From Balanoglossus misakiensis (taxonomy: Eukaryota > Animalia > Hemichordata): a stretch of DNA of 64,000 nt. This document shows, piece by piece, positions 37,874 to 50,200 of this stretch. Made by a program: the position numbers and the translations under genes. Position 1 is the first letter of the stretch. Every line of letters begins with the position of its first letter. The notes below the pieces were generated by a model. The model did not search any database. It saw nothing but the letters and a program-made list of their open reading frames with translations, and had not been told where the DNA came from. Location: NCBI GenBank assembly GCA_040954595.2, contig CM082591.2, positions 6,872,047-6,936,046 on the forward strand. The letters run 5' to 3'.

Positions 37874-39425
37874 ATGGGAGGTGTCAATGCATTCGATCTG
37901 ACAGTTGTTCTTGAAGAAGCTAAGGCTAGTCACCCCAAGGAGAACATTGTATTTCTTGATAAGTACTTAGCGGCATATTCTGAACTGGCCCGGTAAGTTG
38001 ATCTTTTATTGATCAAAACTATATGTGTAATAAATCCGGATCATTTGAATTGAAATGCCAAGCGAGCGCACCTTGGATTATACCATTCTCTGGCGGCGTA
38101 GGTTAGCATTGGGGTTAGGGTTAGCGTTACTGTTATGACTGTTTTTAAAATGACTTAGTTTTATGAATTAAATCAAGTTTCCGTTTTAAATTGGGCCATT
38201 TTGAATAAAATCATAACCATACCCTAACGCTAATGCTAACCTTAATGCTGACCATCGCCACCAGAGAATGGTAGAGTCCAAAGTACGCTCGCCTGGCGTT
38301 TCAATTCAAAAGATCCATAAATCCCAAACGAGACACTTTATTACCAGGTGAAAGAAGTTTCGCTGGCGACCTTTCATACTGCGTGTTGTATAACCCACCT
38401 ATAGTGTGGCCCAATACAAATGTCAACAGAACACTAGTGTACATTTACACTTTGTTTTCACCGGTCTAGCTGATTTCTACACAATTTGCTAGCTTTGAGG
38501 TCACTCTTTCAGAAACAAACATTTTCGCCATGTATAAGTCGCGCGTTTTTTTTTTTTACAAAAACGAGGGAAAGTTGGCAGAATCACCAATATGGCATTT
38601 ACTGTAATTTGAATCATGGGAAAAAAGTGCCAGGACCAACTTCCGCCCAACTTGGTGTGGGTGATACCATTCTCCGATTGGTGTCAGTGGGTGACAGACT
38701 AGGCGTATTTGCATAGCTTTAGTTTGTACTTTGCATCAGTTGATAAACAATCAGGAGCAGAGTCGAAAATTTGTCATCTGTTGACAGTTTTTATGAGCTA
38801 TAACCCATGAAAAATATGCAAATACGCTTAGCCTGTCACGCATATGGATTTCCTTCAATGATTGCACGATTCTGCTTTGTTCTGCATCAACAACTTTTTG
38901 AATTTGTTTAATTTTCAGTTTCTTTGACCTACTCGGACCTATTTTCGCTTTTGTGGCTAAAGATCTACGGGACAAAATCCACACCCTTCAACAACATCAA
39001 AAATCCGATCATGGCGATCACAATCCATGATGAAATACGAAGTTGAACACAACATAGCGAAAGGCAAATCACACCACGGTTTGCATTCAGGATGCAAAAC
39101 GTTAATGCGACTACACCGGCCGCTGGAATTCATCATGGAGTTTATGCGACGGTTTCGAGACAGTGACGATTCGAAGAAGGTCGCGGTGCTCGCCATTGAT
39201 GTGTACGACAGAACGCTCGCTAAACATCACATGTGGATCATACGCAAGATGGCTCACATTGCAGTGTATACTTTGCCGGGAAGGAGAGCGTTGATGGAGA
39301 CTTTGTGTAAACAGCATCCTGAAAGAGTTGTCGAACTGATCACTCCAGTTGTAGCAGCTATTCAAATTATCTATGATGAAATCCAAGAGCTCTATGCAAT
39401 GTACGGTCTATTAAAATTGTGGTGA
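37874..39425 (+). pseudogene. CPTP: Ceramide-1-phosphate transfer protein (GLTP family), exons 37874-37992 and 38919-39425, frameshifted near 39020
   Basis: FDL..VL..LDKYLAAYSELARFFDLLGPIFAFVAKDLRDKI...SMMKYE..SGCKTLMRLHRPLEFI..YDRTLAKHHMWIIRKMAHIAVYTLPGR..YAMYGLLKLW. The exon-2 frame hits TGA at 39028-39030, and the conserved sequence continues in another frame. Confidence 0.8.
38038..38316. mobile_element. Palindromic MITE with 8-bp TSD and telomere-like internal repeats
   Basis: Arms GGATCATTTGAATTGAAA.../...TTTCAATTCAAAAGATCC; TSD ATAAATCC; internal GGGTTAGGGTTAG / CCCTAAC. Confidence 0.8.
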
Positions 39426-39466
39426 TTTACTTTTATATGTACCAGCTCGAGAGTGTTCAATTCTTT

Positions 39467-39766
39467 TTAACTCATCCTCGTGCTAAATTTAACAAAACTT
39501 ACGGACAGAGAGCTTTTTCAGTTTGTGCACCCATTTTATGGAAAAATTTACCTATTGATATCGAAACCGCCAGAAATGTCAATATTTTAAGCGTAATTTG
39601 AAAACATACCTTTTTACTCAGTTTTATGTGTAATGTGTTCGTGTGATTGTGTCCTTTTAATTATTTTTACCAGCCTTGTATTTTTTAATTTACTCTTTTA
39701 GCTATGTACAATGCGCTGAGACATATGTGTAGCGTATTTTAAACAATTCTTAATAATTATAATATT
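39467..39766 (+). mobile_element. L2/CR1-type LINE 3' fragment in the CPTP 3' region
   Basis: PRAKFNKTYGQRAFSVCAPILWKNLP..LKTYLF, a TAAT-rich tail and an apparent TSD TTCAATTCTTT. Confidence 0.75.
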
Positions 39767-40898
39767 TTCAATTCTTTGTATTAAAGCCTCTGGGGCTGCC
39801 ACTTTTGCATGAGTTTCATGATTTTATTTTCAAACTTTAAGGTCCATCTAAATAAGCTTACTGATAGGTATACATGAACACCTTATCGATGCCCGATTGT
39901 GACTGCATGTTGCAATTTGAACACGCTATGTATAAAACAGGTGCCGCACCAATTTAATCAGCCTCCATACAAACAGTACACAGCTATCGTGGTATACGTC
40001 GCCAAGAGATGACAAACTGATGCAAATGCAAGTAAATATAGCTTAATGGTGAGGATTTTAGAGGATAGGGAATATATTTGAAGTATTTTACTGTGGAAAA
40101 AAATTATGTGAAATTTGGCAGCTATAGGGGCTTTAATCTTGACTCGCACTTAATTTCATGTACGTTTACACCCAAATAATATTCATTGTATAATACTTAC
40201 ATGGACAAACAATTCGGAATTCTAGCGTTGTGCACTGAAGTCCACAGCAACTGTCAATTGAATGACTGACTGTACATAACATGACCCGAAGTTCTGTTAT
40301 ATATTGTTGTATTGTGTTGGGTAAAATCTTCGTTGCTTTCACTGGTGTTATGATTTCAGTTCAAACTTTATGGGGAGAAAAAATTAAACTTATTTTCTGT
40401 ATTCTGAAATCAACAACAGAGTATCCAGCTAAGCCGTAGAAGCTGTATTTGACTACCATGTATTTTGACTCATGATTTTGCACATACTTTGAACAAAATT
40501 GTTATCAGTATTATGTTTTATGGGTGGATTTTAATTTAATTTGATTGTGAATATTACGCACAGAATACAAGAGTACAGAAAACGGAAGAATATAGAAGAA
40601 TTGATGTTTACAAAGTATTCAAGAGAGGTTGAATCGTTTATTGTTATCCAACAAGGAATTTTACCTTGAATTATTTACAACATAGGCAGTGAAAGGTGAT
40701 TTACTCATAAATACCAGTTTACTAAAGAAGAGGCGTGAACCTTTCGTTGTGTGTTACATATTTCATGTAATGGAATGTAAATATTTGTATAAAGTGCCAT
40801 GATGGAGATGATTGTTAACTCCCAAAATTGAAACTTGACCTAGGATCAATTAAAAGTCACTGAACCAATATTTCTGAGAATAAAATTTGGGAGTACAT

Positions 40899-41066
40899 GT
40901 CTGTCTGTCTGCCTGCCTGCCTGTCTGTCTGTCTGTCTGTCTGTATGTATGTATGTATGTATGTATGTATGTATGTATGTATGTATGTATGTATGTATGT
41001 ATGTATGTATGTATGTATGTATGTATGTATGTATGTATGTATGTATGTATGTATGTATGTATGTAT
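40899..41066 (+). repeat. (GTCT/GCCT)n-(GTAT)n compound microsatellite
   Basis: Directly visible. Confidence 0.95.
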
Positions 41067-41071
41067 TTGGT

Positions 41072-41142
41072 TAGCCCGGAGACCAGGGCGTCGATTCTCG
41101 AATACAACGCCGTCTCTTTTCGACGCCCTGGTCTCCGGGCTA
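41072..41142. repeat. Short palindromic element
   Basis: TAGCCCGGAGACCAGGGCGTCGA...TCGACGCCCTGGTCTCCGGGCTA. Confidence 0.8.
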
Positions 41143-41295
41143 GTATTTTGTACATATTATATATGTATACGAGGTATGCGGTTCTACTGGTCCGATAAAA
41201 CGAGCTAAATACAAGAGTAGAGCGGAGTATAAGGAAGGGTAGTAGGAGAAACGAAAGACGGTAAAATCGCTGTTTCGTGAATCACTCAATCATAT

Positions 41296-44200
41296 GTGTT
41301 CTGCGCTTCAGAACGGAATATGCAAATGACGAGACGGTGTTTGGAAGCATCCATGGATATTTTAGAACAAAACGTCGATCTACAGAGTCTACCGGAAAAC
41401 TTTCTTTTGCGCTCAGGCCTACGTGTTCTACGCATCACAACGGAATATGCAAATGACGAGACGGTGTTTGGAAGCATCCGTGGATATTTTAGAACAAAAC
41501 GTCGATCTACAGAGTCTACCGGAAAACTTTCTTTTGCGCTCAGGCCTACGTGTTCTACGCATCACAACGGAATATGCAAATGACGAGACGGTGTTTGGAA
41601 GCATCCGTGGATATTTTAGAACAAAACGTCGATCTACAGAGTCTACCGGAAAACTTTCTTTTGCGCTGAGGCCTACGTGTTCTACGCATCACAACGGAAT
41701 ATGCAAATGACGAGACAGTGTTTGGAAGCATCCATGGATATTTTAGAACAAAACGTCGATCTACAGAGTCTACCGGAAAACTTTCTCTTTCGCTCAGGCC
41801 TACGTGTTCTACGCATCACAACGGAATATGCAAATGACGAGACGGTGTTTGGAAGCATCCGTGGATATTTTGGAACAAAACGTCGATCTACAGAGTCTAC
41901 CGGAAAACTTTCTCTTTCGCTCAGGCCTACGTGTTCTACGCATCACAACGGAATATGCAAATGACGAGACGGTGTTTGGAAGCATCCATGGATATTTTGG
42001 AACAAAACGTCGATCTACAGAGTCTACCGGAAAACTTTCTTTTTCGCTCAGGCCTACGTGTTCTACGCATCACAACGGAATATGCAAATGACGAGACGGT
42101 GTTTGGAAGCATCCATGGATATTTTGGAACAAAACGTCGATCTACAGAGTCTACCGGAAAACTTTCTTTTTCGCTCAGGCCTATGTGTTCTACGCATCAC
42201 AACGGAATATGCAAATGACGAGACAGTGTTTGGAAGCATCCGTGGATATTTTGGAACAAAACGTCGATCTACAGAGTCTACCGGAAAACTTTCTCTTTCG
42301 CTCAGGCCTACGTGTTCTACGCATCACAACGCAATATGCAAATGACGAGACGGTGTTTGGAAGCATCCATGGATATTTTAGAACAAAACGTCGATCTACA
42401 GAGTCTACCGGAAAACTTTCTCTTTCGCTCAGGCCTATGTGTTCTACGCATCACAACGGAATATGCAAATGACGAGACGGTGTTTGGAAGCATCCGTGGA
42501 TATTTTAGAACAAAACGTCGATCTACAGAGTCTACCGGAAAACTTTCTCTTTCGCTCAGGCCTCTGTGTTCTACGCATCACAACGGAATATGCAAATAAG
42601 GAGACGGTGTTTGGAAGCATCCATGGATATTTTAGAACAAAACGTCGATCTACAGAGTCTACCGGAAAACTTTCTTTTTCGCTCAGGCCTGTGTGTTCTA
42701 CGCATCACAACGGAATATGCAAATGACGAGACGGTGTTTGGAAGCATCCATGGATATTTTAGAACAAAACGTCGATCTACAGAGTCTACCGGAAAACTTT
42801 CTCTTTCGCTCAGGCCTATGTGTTCTACGCATCACAACGGAATATGCAAATGACGAGACGGTGTTTGGAAGCATCCGTGGATATTTTAGAACAAAACGTC
42901 GATCTACAGAGTCTACCGGAAAACTTTCTTTTTCGCTCAGGCCTGTGTGTTCTACGCATCACAACGGAATATGCAAATGACGAGACGGTGTTTGGAAGCA
43001 TCCGTGGATATTTTAGAACAAAACGTCGATCTACAGAGTCTACCGGAAAACTTTCTTTTGCGCTCAGGCCTACGTGTTCTACGCATCACAACGGAATATG
43101 CAAATGACGAGACGGTGTTTGGAAGCATCCGTGGATATTTTAGAACAAAACGTCGATCTACAGAGTCTACCGGAAAACTTTCTCTTTCGCTCAGGCCTAC
43201 GTGTTCTACGCATCACAACGGAATATGCAAATGACGAGACGGTGTTTGGAAGCATCCATGGATATTTTAGAACAAAACGTCGATCTACAGAGTCTACCGG
43301 AAAACTTTCTTTTGCGCTCAGGCCTACGTGTTCTACGCATCACAACGGAATATGCAAATGACGAGACGGTGTTTGGAAGCATCCGTGGATATTTTAGAAC
43401 AAAACGTCGATCTACAGAGTCTACCGGAAAACTTTCTTTTGCGCTCAGGCCTACGTGTTCTACGCATCACAACGGAATATGCAAATGACGAGACAGTGTT
43501 TGGAAGCATCCGTGGATATTTTAGAACAAAACGTCGATCTACAGAGTCTACCGGAAAACTTTCTTATGCGCTCAGGCCTATGTGTTCTACGCATCACAAC
43601 GCAATATGCAAATGACGAGACGGTGTTTGGAAGCATCCATGGATATTTTAGAACAAAACGTCGATCTACAGAGTCTACCGGAAAACTTTCTTTTTCGCTC
43701 AGGCCTATGTGTTCTACGCATCACAACGGAATATGCAAATGACGAGACGGTGTTTGGAAGCATCCATGGATATTTTAGAACAAAACGTCGATCTACAGAG
43801 TCTACCGGAAAACTTTCTTTTGCGCTCAGGCCTACGTGTTCTACGCATCACAACGGAATATGCAAATGACGAGACGGTGTTTGGAAGCATCCGTGGATAT
43901 TTTAGAACAAAACGTCGATCTACAGAGTCTACCGGAAAACTTTCTTTTGCGCTCAGGCCTACGTGTTCTACGCATCACAACGGAATATGCAAATGACGAG
44001 ACGGTGTTTGGAAGCATCCGTGGATATTTTAGAACAAAACGTCGATCTACAGAGTCTACCGGAAAACTTTCTTTTGCGCTGAGGCCTACGTGTTCTACGC
44101 ATCACAACGGAATATGCAAATGACGAGACAGTGTTTGGAAGCATCCGTGGATATTTTAGAACAAAACGTCGATCTACAGAGTCTACCGGAAAACTTTCTC

Positions 44201-47200
44201 TTTCGCTCAGGCCTACGTGTTCTACGCATCACAACGGAATATGCAAATGACGAGACGGTGTTTGGAAGCATCCATGGATATTTTAGAACAAAACGTCGAT
44301 CTACAGAGTCTACCGGAAAACTTTCTTTTGCGCTGAGGCCTACGTGTTCTACGCATCACAACGGAATATGCAAATGACGAGACGGTGTTTGGAAGCATCC
44401 GTGGATATTTTAGAACAAAACGTCGATCTACAGAGTCTACCGGAAAACTTTCTTTTGCGCTGAGGCCTACGTGTTCTACGCATCACAACGCAATATGCAA
44501 ATGACGAGACGGTGTTTGGAAGCATCCATGGATATTTTAGAACAAAACGTCGATCTACAGAGTCTACCGGAAAACTTTCTTTTTCGCTCAGGCCTATGTG
44601 TTCTACGCATCACAACGGAATATGCAAATGACGAGACGGTGTTTGGAAGCATCCATGGATATTTTAGAACAAAACGTCGATCTACAGAGTCTACGGGAAA
44701 ACTTTCTTTTTCGCTCAGGCCTATGTGTTCTACAACGGAATATGCAAATGACGAGACGGTGTTTGGAAGCATCCGTGGATATTTTAGAACAAAACGTCGA
44801 TCTACAGAGTCTACCGGAAAACTTTCTCTTTCGCTCAGGCCTACGTGTTCTACGCATCACAACGGAATATGCAAATGACGAGACGGTGTTTGGAAGCATC
44901 CATGGATATTTTAGAACAAAACGTCAATCTACAGAGTCTACCGGAAAACTTTCTCTTTCGCTCAGGCCTACGTGTTCTACGCATCACAACGGAATATGCA
45001 AATGACGAGACGGTGTTTGGAAGCATCCATGGATATTTTAGAACAAAACGTCAATCTACAGAGTCTACCGGAAAACTTTCTCTTTCGCTCAGGCCTACGT
45101 GTTCTACGCATCACAACGCAATATGCAAATGACGAGACGGTGTTTGGAAGCATCCATGGATATTTTAGAACAAAACGTCGATCTACAGAGTCTACCGGAA
45201 AACTTTCTCTTTCGCTCAGGCCTACGTGTTCTACGCATCACAACGGAATATGCAAATGACGAGACGGTGTTTGGAAGCATCCATGGATATTTTAGAACAA
45301 AACGTCGATCTACAGAGTCTACCGGAAAACTTTCTCTTTCGCTCAGGCCTACGTGTTCTACGCATCACAACGGAATATGCAAATGACGAGACGGTGTTTG
45401 GAAGCATCCATGGATATTTTAGAACAAAACGTCAATCTACAGAGTCTACCGGAAAACTTTCTCTTTCGCTCAGGCCTACGTGTTCTACGCATCACAACGC
45501 AATATGCAAATGACGAGACGGTGTTTGGAAGCATCCATGGATATTTTAGAACAAAACGTCGATCTACAGAGTCTACCGGAAAACTTTCTTTTTCGCTCAG
45601 GCCTATGTGTTCTACGCATCACAACGGAATATGCAAATGATGAGACCGTGATTGGAAGAATCCATGGATATTTTAGAACAAAACGTCGATCTACAGAGTC
45701 TACGGGAAAACTTTCTTTTTCGCTCAGGCCTATGTGTTCTACAACGGAATATGCAAATGACGAAACGGTGTTTGGAAGCATCCGTGGATATTTTAGAACA
45801 AAACGTCGATCTACAGAGTCTACCGGAAAACTTTCTCTTTCGCTCAGGCCTATGTGTTCTACAACGGAATATGCAAATGACGAGACGGTGTTTGGAAGCA
45901 TCCGTGGATATTTTAGAACAAAACGTCGATCTACAGAGTCTACCGGAAAACTTTCTCTTTCGCTCAGGCCTACGTGTTCTACGCATCACAACGCAATATG
46001 CAAATGACGAGACGGTGTTTGGAAGCATCCATGGATATTTTAGAACAAAACGTCGATCTACAGAGTCTACGGGAAAACTTTCTTTTTCGCTCAGGCCTAT
46101 GTGTTCTACAACGGAATATGCAAATGACGAGACGGTGTTTGGAAGCATCCGTGGATATTTTAGAACAAAACGTCGATCTACAGAGTCTACCGGAAAACTT
46201 TCTCTTTCGCTCAGGCCTACGTGTTCTACGCATCACAACGCAATATGCAAATGACGAGACGGTGTTTGGAAGCATCCATGGATATTTTAGAACAAAACGT
46301 CGATCTACAGAGTCTACCGGAAAACTTTCTTTTTCGCTCAGGCCTATGTGTTCTACAACGGAATATGCAAATGACGAGACGGTGTTTGGAAGCATCCGTG
46401 GATATTTTAGAACAAAACGTCGATCTACAGAGTCTACGGGAAAACTTTCTTTTTCGCTCAGGCCTATGTGTTCTACAACGGAATATGCAAATGACGAGAC
46501 GGTGTTTGGAAGCATCCGTGGATATTTTAGAACAAAACGTCGATCTACAGAGTCTACCGGAAAACTTTCTCTTTCGCTCAGGCCTACGTGTTCTACGCAT
46601 CACAACGCAATATGCAAATGACGAGACGGTGTTTGGAAGCATCCATGGATATTTTAGAACAAAACGTCGATCTACAGAGTCTACCGGAAAACTTTCTTTT
46701 TCGCTCAGGCCTATGTGTTCTACAACGGAATATGCAAATGACGAGACGGTGTTTGGAAGCATCCGTGGATATTTTAGAACAAAACGTCGATCTACAGAGT
46801 CTACCGGAAAACTTTCTCTTTCGCTCAGGCCTACGTGTTCTACGCATCACAACGCAATATGCAAATGACGAGACGGTGTTTGGAAGCATCCATGGATATT
46901 TTAGAACAAAACGTCGATCTACAGAGTCTACCGGAAAACTTTCTTTTTCGCTCAGGCCTATGTGTTCTACGCATCACAACGGAATATGCAAATGATGAGA
47001 CCGTGATTGGAAGAATCCATGGATATTTTAGAACAAAACGTCGATCTACAGAGTCTACGGGAAAACTTTCTTTTTCGCTCAGGCCTATGTGTTCTACAAC
47101 GGAATATGCAAATGACGAAACGGTGTTTGGAAGCATCCATGGATATTTTAGAACAACCCGTCGATCTACAGAGTCTACCGGAAAACTTTCTTTTTCGCTC

Positions 47201-50200
47201 AGGCCTATGTGTTCTACGCATCACAACGCAATATGCAAATGACGAGACGGTGTTTGGAAGCATCCATGGATATTTTAGAACAAAACGTCGATCTACAGAG
47301 TCTACCGGAAAACTTTCTTTTTCGCTCAGGCCTATGTGTTCTACGCATCACAACGCAATATGCAAATGACGAGACGGTGTTTGGAAGCATCCATGGATAT
47401 TTTAGAACAAAACGTCGATCTACAGAGTCTACGGGAAAACTTTCTTTTTCGCTCAGGCCTATGTGTTCTACAACGGAATATGCGAATGACGAGACGGTGT
47501 TTGGAAGCATCCGTGGATATTTTAGAACAAAACGTCGATCTACAGAGTCTACCGGAAAACTTTCTTTTGCGCTCAGGCCTATGTGTTCTACGCATCACAA
47601 CGGAATATGCAAATGACGAGACGGTGTTTGGAAGCATCCATGGATATTTTAGAACAAAACGTCGATCTACAGAGTCTACCGGAAAACTTTCTTTTGCGCT
47701 CAGGCCTATGTGTTCTACGCATCACAACGGAATATGCAAATGACGAGACGGTGTTTGGAAGCATCCATGGATATTTTAGAACAAAACGTCGATCTACAGA
47801 GTCTACCGGAAAACTTTCTTTTTCGCTCAGGCCTATGTGTTCTACGCATCACAACGGAATATGCAAATGACGAGACAGTGTTTGGAAGCATCCGTGGATA
47901 TTTTGGAACAAAACGTCGATCTACAGAGTCTACCGGAAAACTTTCTCTTTCGCTCAGGCCTACGTGTTCTACGCATCACAACGCAATATGCAAATGACGA
48001 GACGGTGTTTGGAAGCATCCATGGATATTTTAGAACAAAACGTCGATCTACAGAGTCTACCGGAAAACTTTCTTTTGCGCTCAGGCCTACGTGTTCTACG
48101 CATCACAACGGAATATGCAAATGACGAGACGGTGTTTGGAAGCATCCGTGGATATTTTAGAACAAAACGTCGATCTACAGAGTCTACCGGAAAACTTTCT
48201 TTTGCGCTCAGGCCTACGTGTTCTACGCATCACAACGGAATATGCAAATGACGAGACGGTGTTTGGAAGCATCCGTGGATATTTTAGAACAAAACGTCGA
48301 TCTACAGAGTCTACCGGAAAACTTTCTTTTGCGCTCAGGCCTACGTGTTCTACGCATCACAACGGAATATGCAAATGACGAGACGGTGTTTGGAAGCATC
48401 CGTGGATATTTTAGAACAAAACGTCGATCTACAGAGTCTACCGGAAAACTTTCTCTTTCGCTCAGGCCTATGTGTTCTACGCATCACAACGGAATATGCA
48501 AATGACGAGACGGTGTTTGGAAGCATCCATGGATATTTTAGAACAAAACGTCGATCTACAGAGTCTACCGGAAAACTTTCTTTATCGCTCAGGCCTATGT
48601 GTTCTACGCATCACAACGGAATATGCAAATGACGAGACGGTGTTTGGAAGCATCCATGGATATTTTAGAACAAAACGTCGATCTACAGAGTCTACCGGAA
48701 AACTTTCTTTTGCGCTCAGGCCTACGTGTTCTACGCATCACAACGGAATATGCAAATGACGAGACGGTGTTTGGAAGCATCCATGGATATTTTAGAACAA
48801 AACGTCGATCTACAGAGTCTACCGGAAAACTTTCTTTATCGCTCAGGCCTATGTGTTCTACGCATCACAACGGAATATGCAAATGACGAGACGGTGTTTG
48901 GAAGCATCCATGGATATTTTAGAACAAAACGTCGATCTACAGAGTCTACCGGAAAACTTTCTCTTTCGCTCAGGCCTACGTGTTCTACGCATCACAACGG
49001 AATATGCAAATGACGAGACGGTGTTTGGAAGCATCCATGGATATTTTAGAACAAAACGTCGATCTACAGAGTCTACCGGAAAACTTTCTCTTTCGCTCAG
49101 GCCTACGTGTTCTACGCATCACAACGGAATATGCAAATGACGAGACGGTGTTTGGAAGTATCCATGGATATTTTAGAACAAAACGTCGATCTACAGAGTC
49201 TACCGGAAAACTTTCTCTTTCGCTCAGGCCTACGTGTTCTACGCATCACAACGGAATATGCAAATGACGAGACGGTGTTTGGAAGCATCCATGGATATTT
49301 TAGAACAAAACGTCGATCTACAGAGTCTACCGGAAAACTTTCTCTTTCGCTCAGGCCTACGTGTTCTACGCATCACAACGGAATATGCAAATGACGAGAC
49401 GGTGTTTGGAAGCATCCATGGATATTTTAGAACAAAACGTCGATCTACAGAGTCTACCGGAAAACTTTCTCTTTCGCTCAGGCCTACGTGTTCTACGCAT
49501 CACAACGGAATATGCAAATGACGAGACGGTGTTTGGAAGTATCCATGGATATTTTAGAACAAAACGTCGATCTACAGAGTCTACCGGAAAACTTTCTCTT
49601 TCGCTCAGGCCTACGTGTTCTACGCATCACAACGGAATATGCAAATGACGAGACGGTGTTTGGAAGCATCCATGGATATTTTAGAACAAAACGTCGATCT
49701 ACAGAGTCTACCGGAAAACTTTCTCTTTCGCTCAGGCCTACGTGTTCTACGCATCACAACGGAATATGCAAATGACGAGACGGTGTTTGGAAGCATCCAT
49801 GGATATTTTAGAACAAAACGTCGATCTACAGAGTCTACCGGAAAACTTTCTCTTTCGCTCAGGCCTACGTGTTCTACGCATCACAACGGAATATGCAAAT
49901 GACGAGACGGTGTTTGGAAGCATCCATGGATATTTTAGAACAAAACGTCGATCTACAGAGTCTACCGGAAAACTTTCTCTTTCGCTCAGGCCTACGTGTT
50001 CTACGCATCACAACGGAATATGCAAATGACGAGACGGTGTTTGGAAGCATCCATGGATATTTTAGAACAAAACGTCGATCTACAGAGTCTACCGGAAAAC
50101 TTTCTCTTTCGCTCAGGCCTACGTGTTCTACGCATCACAACGGAATATGCAAATGACGAGACGGTGTTTGGAAGTATCCATGGATATTTTAGAACAAAAC

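Noticed and set aside
40850-41208. YIHT/CMYV repeat ORFs
   Set aside because: They are translations of the (GTAT)n microsatellite.
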